A program made the position numbers and the translations under genes. Shown here one piece after another: positions 11,786 through 24,458 of a DNA stretch of 64,000 bases (position 1 is its first letter; each line of letters starts with the position of its first letter). The notes beneath the pieces were generated by a model. That model searched no databases and had not been told where the DNA came from. It was given only the letters and a program-made list of their open reading frames with translations. The stretch comes from Octopus bimaculoides (Eukaryota), in contig NC_068990.1 of assembly GCF_001194135.2 (NCBI RefSeq), forward strand, positions 2,006,184 through 2,070,183, given 5' to 3'.

Positions 11786-11960
11786 GGTAATAAAGTCACA
11801 AGAAAAGAATTCACTGAAATAATGTCAAAATTTTGGTAGTTTATGGGATCCGGACAAACCCCACTCGGGAAAAACCACCTCAGACAAAACCCCTGTAACT
11901 TCTTTCCTATGATTTTATTACCGTGACTTTTTTTCCTGTGACTTTTTTTTTACCATGGAT
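11786..11960. mobile_element. Small non-autonomous DNA element with about 30-bp imperfect inverted ends and an internal GGGATCC-GGACAAA core repeat
   Basis: GGTAATAAAGTCACAAGAAAAGAATTCAC (11786-11814) is inverted relative to GTGACTTTTTTTCCTGTGACTTTTTTTTTACC (11923-11954). Three GGACAAACCCC-like units follow GGGATCC at 11845. Confidence 0.5.
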
Positions 11961-12686
11961 TCGTTATAAATACCTACCGTTTTGGAGACTGAACTCAAGA
12001 AAAGTATCTCTAGTGAAGTGGACTACTGTCTCAGAAAGTTTTGTATGTTAAGTGCATGTTAGCTAGTTGTTAGCCACCTAGTTAGTTAGTTAAGTGCATG
12101 TTAGCTCGTGCATGTTGTACGTTAGCTAGAGCTGGCACTGTCAGGAGACCCAGTAGCTCTTATAAACGCAAGAGAAGTGAAGGACAAAATATTTCTTAGT
12201 GTTATATTAGTACGTTTAAAGTGTCTTGTAGAATCATAACGTTGGCTTTATGATCTGCATAGAAGCATATGGTTCTAACTGAAATAGTTAGAGGCTATTG
12301 TGTTGTTTCTACCTATTCAGATAATAATAAATACACTTTCTGTTTAGTAATGATAAGTAAAGAACATACATATATACATTCGTATAAACACAGACAAACA
12401 GACACACAACACGCACACACATACACACATATGCATATACATGCATACACACATACACACACATTTTATTGAAATAGTTTATCATGGTACTTGAGTTTAG
12501 GTTGACACTAATCAATTCAAATTTCGCATTTGGTTGCGTGAGTAGATATGTATTTATGAATACATGCTTAAGCATCAGATAAATGTATGCAGTTGACAAT
12601 GAAATAAATGGATTTAATAGGAATCATGTCTGGTTTTCATTTAAAATTGTATTAGATCAAGAAATATATATATATANNNNNNNNNN

Positions 12687-12728
<42 letters not shown>

Positions 12729-13002
12729 AGTTTTGCTTCGTATTTTGTCTGTCATTTCAAGACAGTCTAAGATAGTGAAGTCCATAAGTTAATGACGCAT
12801 GTAGAAACCTATGAGCTGTGAGAGTGCACCTTAGAGTTGCGATTCTTTGAGGTATAGGTCAGAGTGATATTGTTAGTATGGAGTGTGGTGCGTGAAACAA
12901 TGTAGTGACCAGGAAGAGATGATGAATAGGTTAATATGATTATCTTACGCAGAGGAAATACATGGTTTGTTAGTTCACAAGCACATAAACTATTTTAGTA
13001 AG

Positions 13003-13208
13003 TGTTATGGCGATAATAATAATAATGCAAAACCTCTCCCACGTGACGAGTGTTATGCGCCAGTCGTTACAAATACTGTAAAGTAGGAAGTCGAGTCTTC
13101 GAAAAGTTGGCGAAGTCGGTTATAGATAGTTCGTATCTTTACTTGTCTAACTAGCAATACTGGTATATTGGAGTGGACGTTATAACAGTCCGACGTCGGA
13201 TTACAACA
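13003..13208 (+). repeat. 5' LTR of the Gypsy element
   Basis: TGTTATGGCGATAATAATAAT...CCTCTCCCACGTGAC...GGATTACAACA; direct repeat of 16075-16325. Confidence 0.9.
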
Positions 13209-13339
13209 GTGGCGACAAAGAATTAAGAAACTCACGAGGATTAAACAAACTCACAAGGGGTTTACGAATGTCATAAAAGTAATGTGACATTTCATGACAA
13301 AATGAAAACGGCAAAATATGAGTTAAAAAAATTCAGTAA

Positions 13340-15800
13340 ATTTGTTCATCACAGAGTGGATGGAACCCTTCAAATTATAGAATACGCCCACAAGTGTTTG
13401 TATGGGAATATAGTTGGTTCAGTCGAAGGTTCGAATGCACCTGAAGGATTGAAACGAAGAATAAAATATTTATTCCCAGATGTTTTCTCGGATGAAGTGG
13501 GCTGCTGCACGAAAACGAAGGAAAAATTGTAAAACAAAGTGCAACACTTGTATTTAGGGCAAAACGTGATGTACCGTTCGCGGCGCTAGAACAGGTAAAT
13601 AAACAACTTAAAAGACTTGAAAGACTAGGAATAATCGAGAAGACGGACCACTCATATTTGCGGTCTACTTAAAAAAAAAAAATAATAATTTATTACGAAT
13701 TTGTGCAGATTTTTCAACGGGTTTAAATGATTACTTAAGTTCACATAACTACCGATTACCGAGTCCTGAGGAAGTATTTGCAAAATTGAATGGAAGGAAA
13801 TTCTTCTCAAAATTAGACCTCTCAGAGGCACACTTACAAATCCAAGTAGAAGAAGAATGCTAACATTTATTAGCCATTAACACGCACCGTGACTTATTCA
13901 AATTTAAGCAGCTTCCCTTCGATGTAAAAGTGGCTCCTTCCATATTTCAACAGGTAATGGCTACAATGCTGGTGGACTGTGATTTTGCTATCGCCTATTT
14001 AGACGATATCGTAGTAAAAAGCGAATCAGACGAACAACATGTAGAACACGTAAAAAGGGTATTCAAAAAGGTAAGAGAATACTGCCTTAAGCTAAGCGAA
14101 GAAAAATGCGAGTTCTTTCTGTGAAAAATGAAATACTTGGGTCACATAATAAGCAAAAATAGACAGAAACCGGATCCATCCAGAGCAACTGCGATAATAT
14201 GCCCACGCCGAATAATGTGACTATGATACAAGTATTTTGGGGATTAGTAAATTACTACCAAATTTATATTCCCAGTATACAAAATGTAAGGGCCACGCTA
14301 AATGATTTGTTAAAGAAAAATGCAAAATACTGCTGGACTGATAAGTGCCAGAGGGCATTTGACGAATAAAAAAACATTTGAACATCGAACTTATCGATAA
14401 CGCATTTTGATCCGAAGCTGGATATTATAGTCACTACAGATGCGAGTGATTATGGTGTAGGAGCAGTGCTTCTGCGCAAATATGACAATGGGAGTATAAA
14501 GGCAACAGCCCACGTGTCACGATCGTTATTGACAGCAGAAAGGGACTACAGCCAAATAGAAAAGGAAGCGTTAGCAATTATATTTGGTGTAAAAAAAAAT
14601 TTAATACATTTATTCATGGAAGATATTTCTGTCTACAAACGAATCATCGTCCACTACTGTCGACATACGGTCCTAAAAAAGGAATACCAACACACACAAT
14701 TAATAGACTACAGCGATGGGGCACCATATTATTGAATTATGATTTCAAAACAGAATATTTACCGTCAGAGAAACTAAAACATTCGAAGATACAGTATGCG
14801 GTATGCGAATTACTGGTGACCCTAGAAGGCATAAAACGAAATGCGGAAAAGGACAAATTCATAACTGAAATGAAAAGAATACTGTGGACAGGAAAAGTAA
14901 ATAGGAACAGGATTGATGCGAAACGAAACGAAGCCGTGAACCTACACTCAATCGGTGATAGTGTACTGATCTATGCATAAAGAGTAGTAATACCTGAAAC
15001 CCTGCAAAAGAAAACGGTGGGGGAATTCCATGTTGGACATTCTGGTATTTGGGGGATAAAAGCTTTAGTGCATAGCAACGTGTGCTGGCCAAAAATAGAT
15101 AGAGAAATTTAAAGTTTAGTGAACGGCTGCAGAGGATGTGCTCTAGCAGCAAAATTACCGACGATAAAAAAGTGAATTTTGACCAAAAGCAGGTGTCCCG
15201 TTGTCAAGACTACACATAGATTTCACTGGTCTCTTAAACGGTTCATACTACTTAGTGATAGTAGATGGTTTCTCTAAATGGACAGAAATCTGTAAGTGTA
15301 AAAGGCCAACATCCTCAATTACGACAAACTTTTTACATGAGTTGTTTGCAACTGGAACACAATTTGTATCTTTTGAGTTTAAAAAGTTTTGTAAAACATT
15401 CCCTGTAGAACATGTAACTACGGCGTCATGCCATCCCAGATATAACGGATAAGCAGAACGCTTTGTCGATACGTTCAAGAGAACCCTGAGAAAGTCCGTG
15501 ACGGATGAAGTAGCTCTGCAACAGTTCCTAAAAGTATCCCGAGTGACACCAAATCCAAACACCAGCAGATATGTCACCAGCGGGGCTGATTTTTGCGAGG
15601 AAAATAAAATGCTTTTTCGACAAATTGCTACTTGGTATGAAAAAATAAATTGTAATGGATAAGAGAGCAAGATATTTCAAAATTGGTGAAAATGTATTTG
15701 CTAGGGCACATAAGAACGGAAAAGAAAGTTGAGAAGACGGCGTGATTACCAAACGCATAGGAAAAATGCTATACTTGGTAAAAGGAAGAAAATGGGTATA
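13340..15800 (+). pseudogene. Gypsy pol pseudogene (protease C-terminal remnant, RT, RNase H, integrase)
   Basis: RT: APSIFQQVM...AIAYLDDIVV. RNase H: TTDASDYGVGAVL and DYSQIEKEALAIIFGV. Integrase: HVGHSG..C..C, SRLHIDFTG...VIVDGFSKW and HPRYNG*AERFVDTFKR. Many frameshifts and stops. Confidence 0.92.
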
Positions 15801-16074
15801 CAAGAGACACATAAATCAACTAAAAAAAAAAACATTCGTTGAGAGCGAACCAATGGAATGATTATGTGATACTTTTCAAGTACCAACGGTACTACAAATA
15901 ATTGAAGCCAGACACACGAGCGAAAGAAAAAGAAAATGTTCGGAGTTCCTGGAAGTAGATACCAAATTTGTAACTGTATGAAAAAAAAAAAGGGAGGTGG
16001 AGTGATGCAAAAATTATTGTTAATAAAAAGGAAGTTACATTCCCTAAGAGAAAAAAGACAACTTTAAACGGAGA

Positions 16075-16108
16075 TGTTATGGGGATAACAACAACAACAA
16101 CAATAATG

Positions 16109-16153
<45 letters not shown>

Positions 16154-16325
16154 GAACACCTCTCCCACGTGACTAGTGGTATGTGCTAGTCATTACAAAT
16201 ACTGTAACGTAGGAAGCCGAGACGTCGGCAAACTTGGTTATAGATAGTCGTATCTTTACTTGTCTAACTAACAATACTGCTATACCGGAGTGGACATTAT
16301 AACAGTCCTACGTTGGATTACAACA
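16075..16325 (+). repeat. 3' LTR of the Gypsy element with an expanded (CAA)n(TAA)n tract
   Basis: TGTTATGGGGATAACAACAAC...CCTCTCCCACGTGAC...GGATTACAACA. Confidence 0.9.
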
Positions 16326-17225
16326 GCAAGGATAAAAAACACTGGGAATTTTAAAGAAGCGTTAACTGCACATAGGTTTTGCCATAGTTACAAACCTCAA
16401 TTAAAAGTCGACCTTGAATTTGGATATGTAGAAATGATTAAAAATTTTTTGTTCTCGAGTGCATATTTTATGCTCTATTCTATTCCATTAATTGTTGGTA
16501 TTAATTCCTTTTGTATTCACCTCTTTGCGTAAACCATCCTACGTATTACGATTTTATGCCCAGAGTTGTTCTTTTCCTAATTTTACTACCTCCTAAGCTT
16601 GCTGAGGCCAGATCACTTGTTCAGTTATAGCTGTTCTGTGGGTAAAGAAGTACCCTTTCCTAGAGACATGCTTTAGCAAATGCTAAAAGATACTCCACAG
16701 TCTAACAGCACGTCAAATGAATGTGTAGAGCCGTGGTTGCGTCTGAGGATACCGGGACACAACCTAGAGAATGGGTACGATTTTTTCATTTTTTTTATAT
16801 AACTTTTACATAACTTTTGGCCAAATATATGTTCATCAAGCTGTGGTCATTAGTATTTCAGCCGCATTCTTAGCAAATTTGACATACATTAATGTCAATT
16901 TGGTAAATAAACCATAATAAAGATATTGTTAATTTGTAGACTGGAAATATTTCTACTAGTGAAGTTTACAAAGCAGAAATTGGTAAAGTATAATAGGCAG
17001 AACTACCAAATAAATAGTAGAGGAAATAAGATTCAAGTGACATTTGATTCCTGTTGAAATACGAGACCGATTTTTAATTGCCTGAATCTACATTCTATAA
17101 CGCAATTAATTCTCATAGACTGAATTTTGCTAAATCTACAATTCTCAATTGACTTTTACCAACTCAGCACAAAACAGATGCAGATAGATACACACATATA
17201 TGTATTATATATTATATGCTATGAT

Positions 17226-17260
<35 letters not shown>

Positions 17261-17262
<2 letters not shown>

Positions 17263-17420
17263 GCATGTCCGGCCCAGCGGACATGTCGCAAGGTTCACAG
17301 ACAGCAAGTGGATCCATGCAGTTTGCCAAGTGGTTTCCAAGAGATCGAAAAAAGGCCACTTGGAAGGCTGTACGGGGATACATAGACGAGGTAGTTAAGC
17401 GATTTGGGAAAGATGGGTAT
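17261..17420 (+). mobile_element. 3' ORF fragment of an RTE-clade LINE
   Basis: Frameshifted SGHVARFTDSKWIHAV / KWFPRDRK / KRPLGR matches the RTE C-terminal WAGHVAR..D.RW...V.EW.PRD.KRP.GRP motif. Confidence 0.7.
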
Positions 17421-17639
17421 AAATTGCAAGTCTTTTCGTGCGTAGAAAAAGGAAAAACAAATAAAAAGCTGATAACCAATCAAATAGGTCATAATGCAAA
17501 TGTGGATTATATACACCCGTCTTCTCCACAATTAAGCAGTGTGTCAATAAGCTACACCCGTCTTCTGCTGACGAAAGTATGTTGTGTCAATGAGCCACAC
17601 CCGAAAGTAGTAGTCCGAGATTTATCCTGTTACATGTTT

Positions 17640-17796
17640 CAGTCATTAGACTGTCTGTGGCCATGCTGGGGCACGGCCTTGAAGAACATTTAGCTGAATA
17701 AATCGACCCCAGTACTTATTTTTTTAAAGCCTGGTAATCATTATGTCGGTGTCATTGGCCGAACCGCTAATTTATGCGGACGTAATCAACAGTAGT

Positions 17797-17834
<38 letters not shown>

Positions 17835-18000
17835 CACACGCACTTACACGCATACACACACCTGACTGGCTTCTTTCATTTTTTCTATCAAATCCACTCA
17901 CAATGCTTTGATCAGCTCACAGGTATAGAACGAGATGACATGAAATGGGACTGAGCCTGGGGCCATGTAGTTGGAAAGGGATCTTTTCACACTAGCGCAG
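17640..18000 (-). mobile_element. tRNA-derived SINE, family B (contains an internal CA/GT microsatellite)
   Basis: CAGTCATTAGACTG..GCCATGCTGGGGCAC and CTATCAAATCCACTCACAATGCTTTG are the reverse complement of the copies at 28353 and 49140. Confidence 0.7.
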
Positions 18001-19599
18001 CGACGCTTTGAAGCTATTCACTCATTGGGTCGTACGTATAAATATATACTTACTACACACACAAACATACAAACACTACGAGAAAAGGCAAACAAACAGT
18101 AATCACTGCGACCGTCATCAAATGACTAAGAACGATAATCTCAAGATATCTACAAGTTTATGGAATTAACATATCATTAAGGAAAAGATATGCTGTCCTT
18201 TACTTTCATTTTCAGTGGCATAAACACATCTGTGAACACGCGTTCCTGCATCAAAAGACGTCACCCACACACAGTGCCCAAAGTTGCTTGCATCCAGCTA
18301 AATCCAGAAATTTCTTGAGTCCATGAGAAAGTGAAAAGGACATGCAAGCTGGAACAGGAAGTGTATATTTAAGCATACGATATACTGACCATAATACTAA
18401 CCTAAGAAAATATACTCATACAAATATGTCAAGTGGAGGAAAAATGGGCTAATTGGAATATACATATAAATACATACANNNNNNNNNNNNNNNNNNNNNN
18501 NNNNNNNNNNNNNNNNNNNNNNNNNNNNNNNNNNNNNNNNNNNNNNNNNNNNNNNNNNNNNNNNNNNNNNNNNNNNNNNNNNNNNNNNNNNNNNNNNNNN
18601 NNNNNNNNNNNNNNNNNNNNNNNNNNNNNNNNNNNNNNNNNNNNNNNNNNNNNNNNNNNNNNNNNNNNNNNNNNNNNNNNNNNNNNNNNNNNNNNNNNNN
18701 NNNNNNNNNNNNNNNNNNNNNNNNNNNNNNNNNNNNNNNNNNNNNNNNNNNNNNNNNNNNNNNNNNNNNNNNNNNNNNNNNNNNNNNNNNNNNNNNNNNN
18801 NNNNNNNNNNNNNNNNNNNNNNNNNNNNNNNNNNNNNNNNNNNNNNNNNNNNNNNNNNNNNNNNNNNNNNNNNNNNNNNNNNNNNNNNNNNNNNNNNNNN
18901 NNNNNNNNNNNNNNNNNNNNNNNNNNNNNNNNNNNNNNNNNNNNNNATATATATATATATATATATATATAAAATCTACTGCTCCGTGATATATATGTAT
19001 GTATATAATTATTGTCCACCCATTATAATTCTACAAAACAGTAAGAAATATGTTGAAGGCAATTAAACGATAATGAGGAAAGTGGAGTATAGAAATTAAA
19101 TGTTGGTAAATCGGATGAAGCACAAGTAGAGATGGAATATGGATGGACGTTTTGATATGTGCTAATGTGTAGGAAGTTTATATATTTATTTGTGTGTACG
19201 TGCCTGTGTCTGCGTGCGTGCTTGTGTGTGTGTGTGCGTGTTTGTTTGTGTGTGTGAATGTAAGTATATAGGCACATACATATGTACAGTTCGAGTAGTT
19301 TTTGTAACTTGAAGTTCGTCTCCTACTCTTCTACCACAATATCCACACTTCAACATCGATAGTTCTTCAATTGCCTTGACACCTATTTTTAACATTATTA
19401 GGGCAATTATGATTATGAGAACAATATTTCTTTATGTGCCTATTAGACTATTTTTTTCCATCAATCAGTATGTTATTTTGTTCAAAATAGATATATATTT
19501 TACAGTAAGCATAGAAAAGGGTAAAAACTGCATTTGGTTATGAATGACGATGGGATTTCACCTAGTAAGTTCCTGTCCAAGGCACAAATCCGTGTAAGG

Positions 19600-19860
19600 T
19601 TATTTATGGAAGATCAGCAGTCATCTATGCGTACTTGTCTCCCCTCTTCACGCTAACGAGGCTATCCAAGGGAAAGGCAAAGGGGCCGATGCAGCTAGGC
19701 CCCTGTGACGTTGCAACTAATTTCTACAGCTGAGTGAACTGGAACAACGTAAATTAAAATATCTTGCTCAAGAACACAACGCAAAGCCCGATCCGGGAAT
19801 CGAACTCACTACCTCATGTCTGTGAGCCCGATGCTCTAACCACCGAGACATGCATCTTCT
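19600..19860 (-). mobile_element. tRNA-derived SINE related to family C
   Basis: GGAACAACGTAAATTAAAATATCTTGCTCAAGAACACAAC...CCGGGAATCGAACTCACTACCTCATG...CTCTAACCAC. Confidence 0.65.
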
Positions 19861-20050
19861 CATAGTACGCATAGCGTTTACTTAAATACATCCTTCATAT
19901 AATCCATTTTTGTCATAACACAAAACTTCATTGTAATTCCCATTCTAGGCCCGAACTCTGGCATTAGCCACTCTCTTCCCTCCACTGCTTCTTCTCACAA
20001 TGTGACTGGAAAATGGTCAATATCGGCGGTATTTCCGCAAGGTGTGCTCA

Positions 20051-20215
20051 TTCTTCTTCTTCTTCTTCTTCTTCTTCTTCTTCTTCTTCTTCTTCTTCTT
20101 CTTCTTCTTCTTCTTCTTCTTCTTCTTCTTCTTCTTCTTCTTCTTCTTCTTCTTCTTCTTCTTCTTCTCTTCTTCTTCTTCTTCTTCTTCTTCTCCTCCT
20201 ACCCCTCCCCCTCCT
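20051..20215. repeat. Long (TTC)n microsatellite
   Basis: Directly visible; explains the poly-L/S/F ORFs in the track. Confidence 0.97.
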
Positions 20216-20221
20216 CCTCCA

Positions 20222-21090
20222 CAGATGAGGCCCTGATCAATTTAGATCACTCTATATCTTTCGATAGGGTCGACCATCTATACCTGGCGGTGGTCCTCAA
20301 GGCAGCTGGTTTCGGGCCTGTATTCAGCGGCTGGATCGCTACAATGCACAGTGACACCTGTTCAGTCGTGAAAGTGAACGGTCACATCTCAGAGCCGTTC
20401 GACATCATGCGCTCGGTCCAGCAAGATTTCCCCCTCTCGTCTCTCTTGTGCGTACTGACTCACGAGCCACTACTACAGAAACTGGAGGTGTTGAGAACTA
20501 TCTCGCGTGACCTAGGATGTGCGAGATGCGTGTCAGCATGTGCTAACGACGTCACCGTGGTGGTGTCGGATCGGATCATAACCACATAGAAATGATCAGC
20601 ACGCCCTCAGGGACTACGAGGCGGTTTCAGGAAAAATCAGTGGGCTTGCGGCTCGGCACCTGGAAAAGTAAGTCCATGCCATCCAAATGCGTCGATGGGC
20701 GCTAGACGGTCGATCCAGTTACATTGCTCGGGGTCTGGTTCAGTCCGGATCTTCAGATGGACAAAAGCTGGGGACGAGGTAATGAGCAGGGTGATTACTC
20801 TCACCCAGAAATGAGCCGAGAGAAAGCTATCCCTGAAAGGTCGGGCAGAGGTGGCTAACACGTATATCGCGTCCGTCATCTACTATCACTTGACCGACAT
20901 ACCTTGTCCTGGTCACCGTCTGATTACGCTGGAGCTTATACTCTTCCGCTTCTTATGGAAGAGACGCGTCCCGATGGTTAGGCGGTTTATCTGCTGTCAG
21001 CACCCGCTGCGTGATGGCCTGGGCATGACGTGATTGATGATGTGCAGAGATACGGTGAGGCTGCCACATTTCCAGTGCTCCCTTAACGGT
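20222..21090 (+). mobile_element. L1/Tx1-clade LINE ORF2 reverse-transcriptase fragment
   Basis: LINLDHSISFDRVDHLYL (cf. LDQ.KAFDRVDH), SVQQDFPLSSLL (cf. SVRQGCPLSPLL), SACANDVTVV (cf. YADD), then KLSLKGRAEVANTYIASVIYY and QHPLRDGLGM. Confidence 0.9.
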
Positions 21091-21099
21091 GAATCAGAC

Positions 21100-21690
21100 A
21101 CCGTTCACCAGACACGTATTTCATCTGCATTGTTGCTATTTTCATTTAGTCTACTGTGAGATATTTGTGTCCTTATTTGGCTAATTTCAGCGTCAGTTAA
21201 GCTGTTATCTTTATCATTACTTAATTTATTAGCATCTATATATCTGCGTACTTCGTTGCCTACGATGTTCCTCCATGAAGTGTATCTTTGTCCAATGAGG
21301 TTATTGTTTGGGCTGATGAGTAGAAAGCTTTCAACTCGTCTCCTTAATCCTCTCTATTTCATTTTATGCATTTTGCCTTCGATGATATTTTTAGAGGCGT
21401 CACTACAGGTCCCGGGTTATAATTATCCTGGTTCTGGCTACCTGGTAGATAGTTTTTAGAGTGTTTACTTCAGCAGCGCTTTTTCGACCCCCGTCTGGTT
21501 ACCCACTGGTACCTTGTTGTGCCGAGGGATTACCGATTCGGCATGAGTCTTGCCTTGTCATTAAAGCATTGACGGTGACAATATTAGACAGGTCTGTTTG
21601 TACAGAATTGACATTTTGGCATCACACCGCTTCCTTTTTTTTTCCGAATGGATATATTTGTCATATTTTAGGTTGAAGGATCGGAAATTG
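21100..21690 (-). mobile_element. 5' portion of an R4/Dong-like RLE LINE
   Basis: Minus frame RGLRRRVESF...GQRYTSWRNIVGNEVRRYIDANKL...LTDAEISQIRTQI resembles the N-terminal region of R4/Dong ORFs. The 5' end abuts (TAA)n. Confidence 0.4.
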
Positions 21691-21738
21691 CCTCTGTTTT
21701 TATTATTATTATTATTATTATTAGTAGTAGTAGTAGTT

Positions 21739-21823
<85 letters not shown>

Positions 21824-22124
21824 CAGTAGTATTAGTATTACCCTTCTCTGCAAAAGACGGACGTCAGTAGGACTGATCACTGTGTCTGTCCACAAAGAAA
21901 CCGCAAAAAGTAGAAAGATCATTGCGAATGTTTGTCTATTGTAGTGGTTAACTGCCTAATTGTATTTGAACATAAACAGCAAAGAGTTTGATGATTCCCT
22001 TGGTAAGCAGACGAGACTTTGAAAAATTAACATATGTCAAGTTGGACTTCGGTAATCATTTCATATCACCCTTTGGCAAATATAGCAAATAAACTTAACC
22101 ACGAATTACCGCACTCTATCAAAG

Positions 22125-22192
<68 letters not shown>

Positions 22193-22292
22193 AAAGATTG
22201 AACAAGAAACAACGATAGGTGTCCATGTCAGCCATATATAGCAACAGTATCACAGTATCTTGTAGAAAAGGATACTGATATATAATCAAGAG

Positions 22293-22950
22293 AAAGGCGG
22301 TGAGCTGGCACAAACGTTAGTACGCCGGGTGAAATGCTCGGCGGTATTTCGTCTGTTTTTGCGTTCTGAGTTCAAAATTCCACCGAGGTCGACTTTGCCT
22401 TTCATCCTCTCGTGGTCGATAAATGATGTGCCACTTGCGTACTGGGATCGATCTAATCGACTGGCTCCCTCCCCAAAAATTTCGAGCCTTGTGCCTAAAG
22501 TAGAAAAGAAAAGAAAGCGGCGAGCTGGCAGAACCGTTCGGACGCTGGACGAAATGCTTAGCGGTATTTCGCCCGTCGCTACATTCTGAGTTCGAATTCT
22601 GCCGAGGTCGACTTTGCCTTTCATCCCTTCGTGGTCGATGAAATAAATACCAGTTACGCACTGAGGTCAATGAAATCGACTATCCCCCCTCCCCCAAATT
22701 TTAGGCCTTGTGCCTAATGAAGAAAAGAATATTAAAGGCGGCGAGCTGGCAGAATCGTTAGCTGCCCGGATGGAATGCTTAGCGGTATTTCGTCTGTCTT
22801 TATGTTCTGAGTTCAAATTCCGCCGAAGTCGACTTTACCTTTCATCCTTTCGCGGTCGATAAATTATATACCAGTTGCGTACTGGGGTCGATCTAATCGA
22901 CTGGTCCCTTCCCCCAAAATTTCAGGCTTTGTACCCAGAGTTGAAAAGAT
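22293..22950 (+). mobile_element. Head-to-tail array of three family-A SINE copies
   Basis: GGCGG(C/T)GAGCTGGCA heads at about 22296, 22517 and 22736, each followed by the core and an ...CCTTGTGCCTA..GTAGAAAAGAA tail. Confidence 0.9.
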
Positions 22951-24201
22951 ATATAACCAAGAGAGTCAAGAAGACACAGACATTTGATTGCTGTAAACAG
23001 TTTATCTCAGAAGATTGTCCAGAAAGTTAATGCGAAACACTCATCAGTAATCTACGAGAGTATTTGATTTGTTTTAATGTCTTACGTTCTGAGTTCAAAT
23101 CCGCTTATAAACAAATTTTCTATTCATCCAACTAGGGTTGGCAACATAAAATACCAGTCAAGTAACTTGGGCCTTTAAATTTGTAGCCGTGTTAGAAATT
23201 CATGCTATTACCAACCCGATATCACTACACATATTTACTTACACTAACAATCGACATTACTGTTACAACATTACAATGTCACCGCTTCAACATCATTTTC
23301 ATATCAATAACTACAAATCCACGTCGTTGACACAAAAGCATTCTCATGACAACGTTATGTATGCAGCAGCATAGCAATTCGTTCTTTGTCACCCTATTTT
23401 GCTGTTTTTTGTTACATGGGGCATTTGCGCGCGCTGCCGATTTCTTATAGCATTTTAAGACATTTCAGTAAAAAAAATAAATAAATAAATAAATAGACGA
23501 TATTCGCTAATGTCTGTTTTGCCCAAACGTCTCGCTAATATCCTTGCCGATTCTCATTAGCGTCCATCGACACATCTCCAACCAATTATGTACGTATGCA
23601 CTTTGGTAGGTGGTTATGCATGAATGCATGCATATATTTATTTATATATGTATGTATGCATGTATGCGTCTGCATGTATGCTTGTGTATGTATGTGTATA
23701 CTCACATATAAATACTCTGGAAGTCATTTCGTGTCCGAATACAGTGACTTGTAAATTTCTTGGAAAACAGCAAAGGGAGAGTATCTTCAGTAGCAGAGTC
23801 AATGGTTACTTCCTGATTTATGCAATCGTTAGGTGTGGATTGCTATCCTAAGAAAGTGAACGATCATCAGGTTTTATGTCAGATTTTCTTCCTTCACAAA
23901 ATTTATTACAACACATAGGAGTCTTCACAACAAGTAGTCTTGCTGCATGCTCGTACACTTATCACGAATGTTTCTAAGGCCCACGCACATTTGCTAGATA
24001 GTCGGTGAGCATATATAAGGTTCATCGCCCGTTTTGGCCTACTGAGTTTAAAGCAACCGTCATCACTAGGCAAGCATAGAGTAACCAATTTAGTCACCGA
24101 TGACCAGACAATCCAATATTTGTACAGAAATGCATATCATCTGTAGTACCGGTGAATGAAATGAAATGCAGACTTATACTAATATCCATCTATCTATATA
24201 T

Positions 24202-24246
<45 letters not shown>

Positions 24247-24417
24247 NNNNNNNNNNNNNNNNNNNNNNNNNNNNNNNNNNNNNNNNNNNNNNNNNNNNNN
24301 NNNNNNNNNNNNNNNNNNNNNNNNNNNNNNNNNNNNNNNNNNNNNNNNNNNNNNNNNNNNNNNNNNNNNNNNNNNNNNNNNNNNNNNNNNNNNNNNNNNN
24401 NNNNNNNNNNNNNNNNN

Positions 24418-24458
<41 letters not shown>

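Larger units (their letters stand above)
13003..16325 (+). mobile_element. Ty3/Gypsy LTR retrotransposon, internally deleted and pseudogenised
   Basis: Two TG...CA LTRs. PBS-like TGGCGAC at 13210. Purine-rich AAACGGAGA before the 3' LTR. 5-bp TSD GTAAG (12998-13002) / GCAAG (16326-16330). pol motifs lie inside. Confidence 0.93.

Noticed and set aside
16330-16440. PQLKVDLEFG resembling CFAP65 PLRLDFNFG
   Set aside because: Short match, wrong spacing to neighbouring motifs and no good splice sites.
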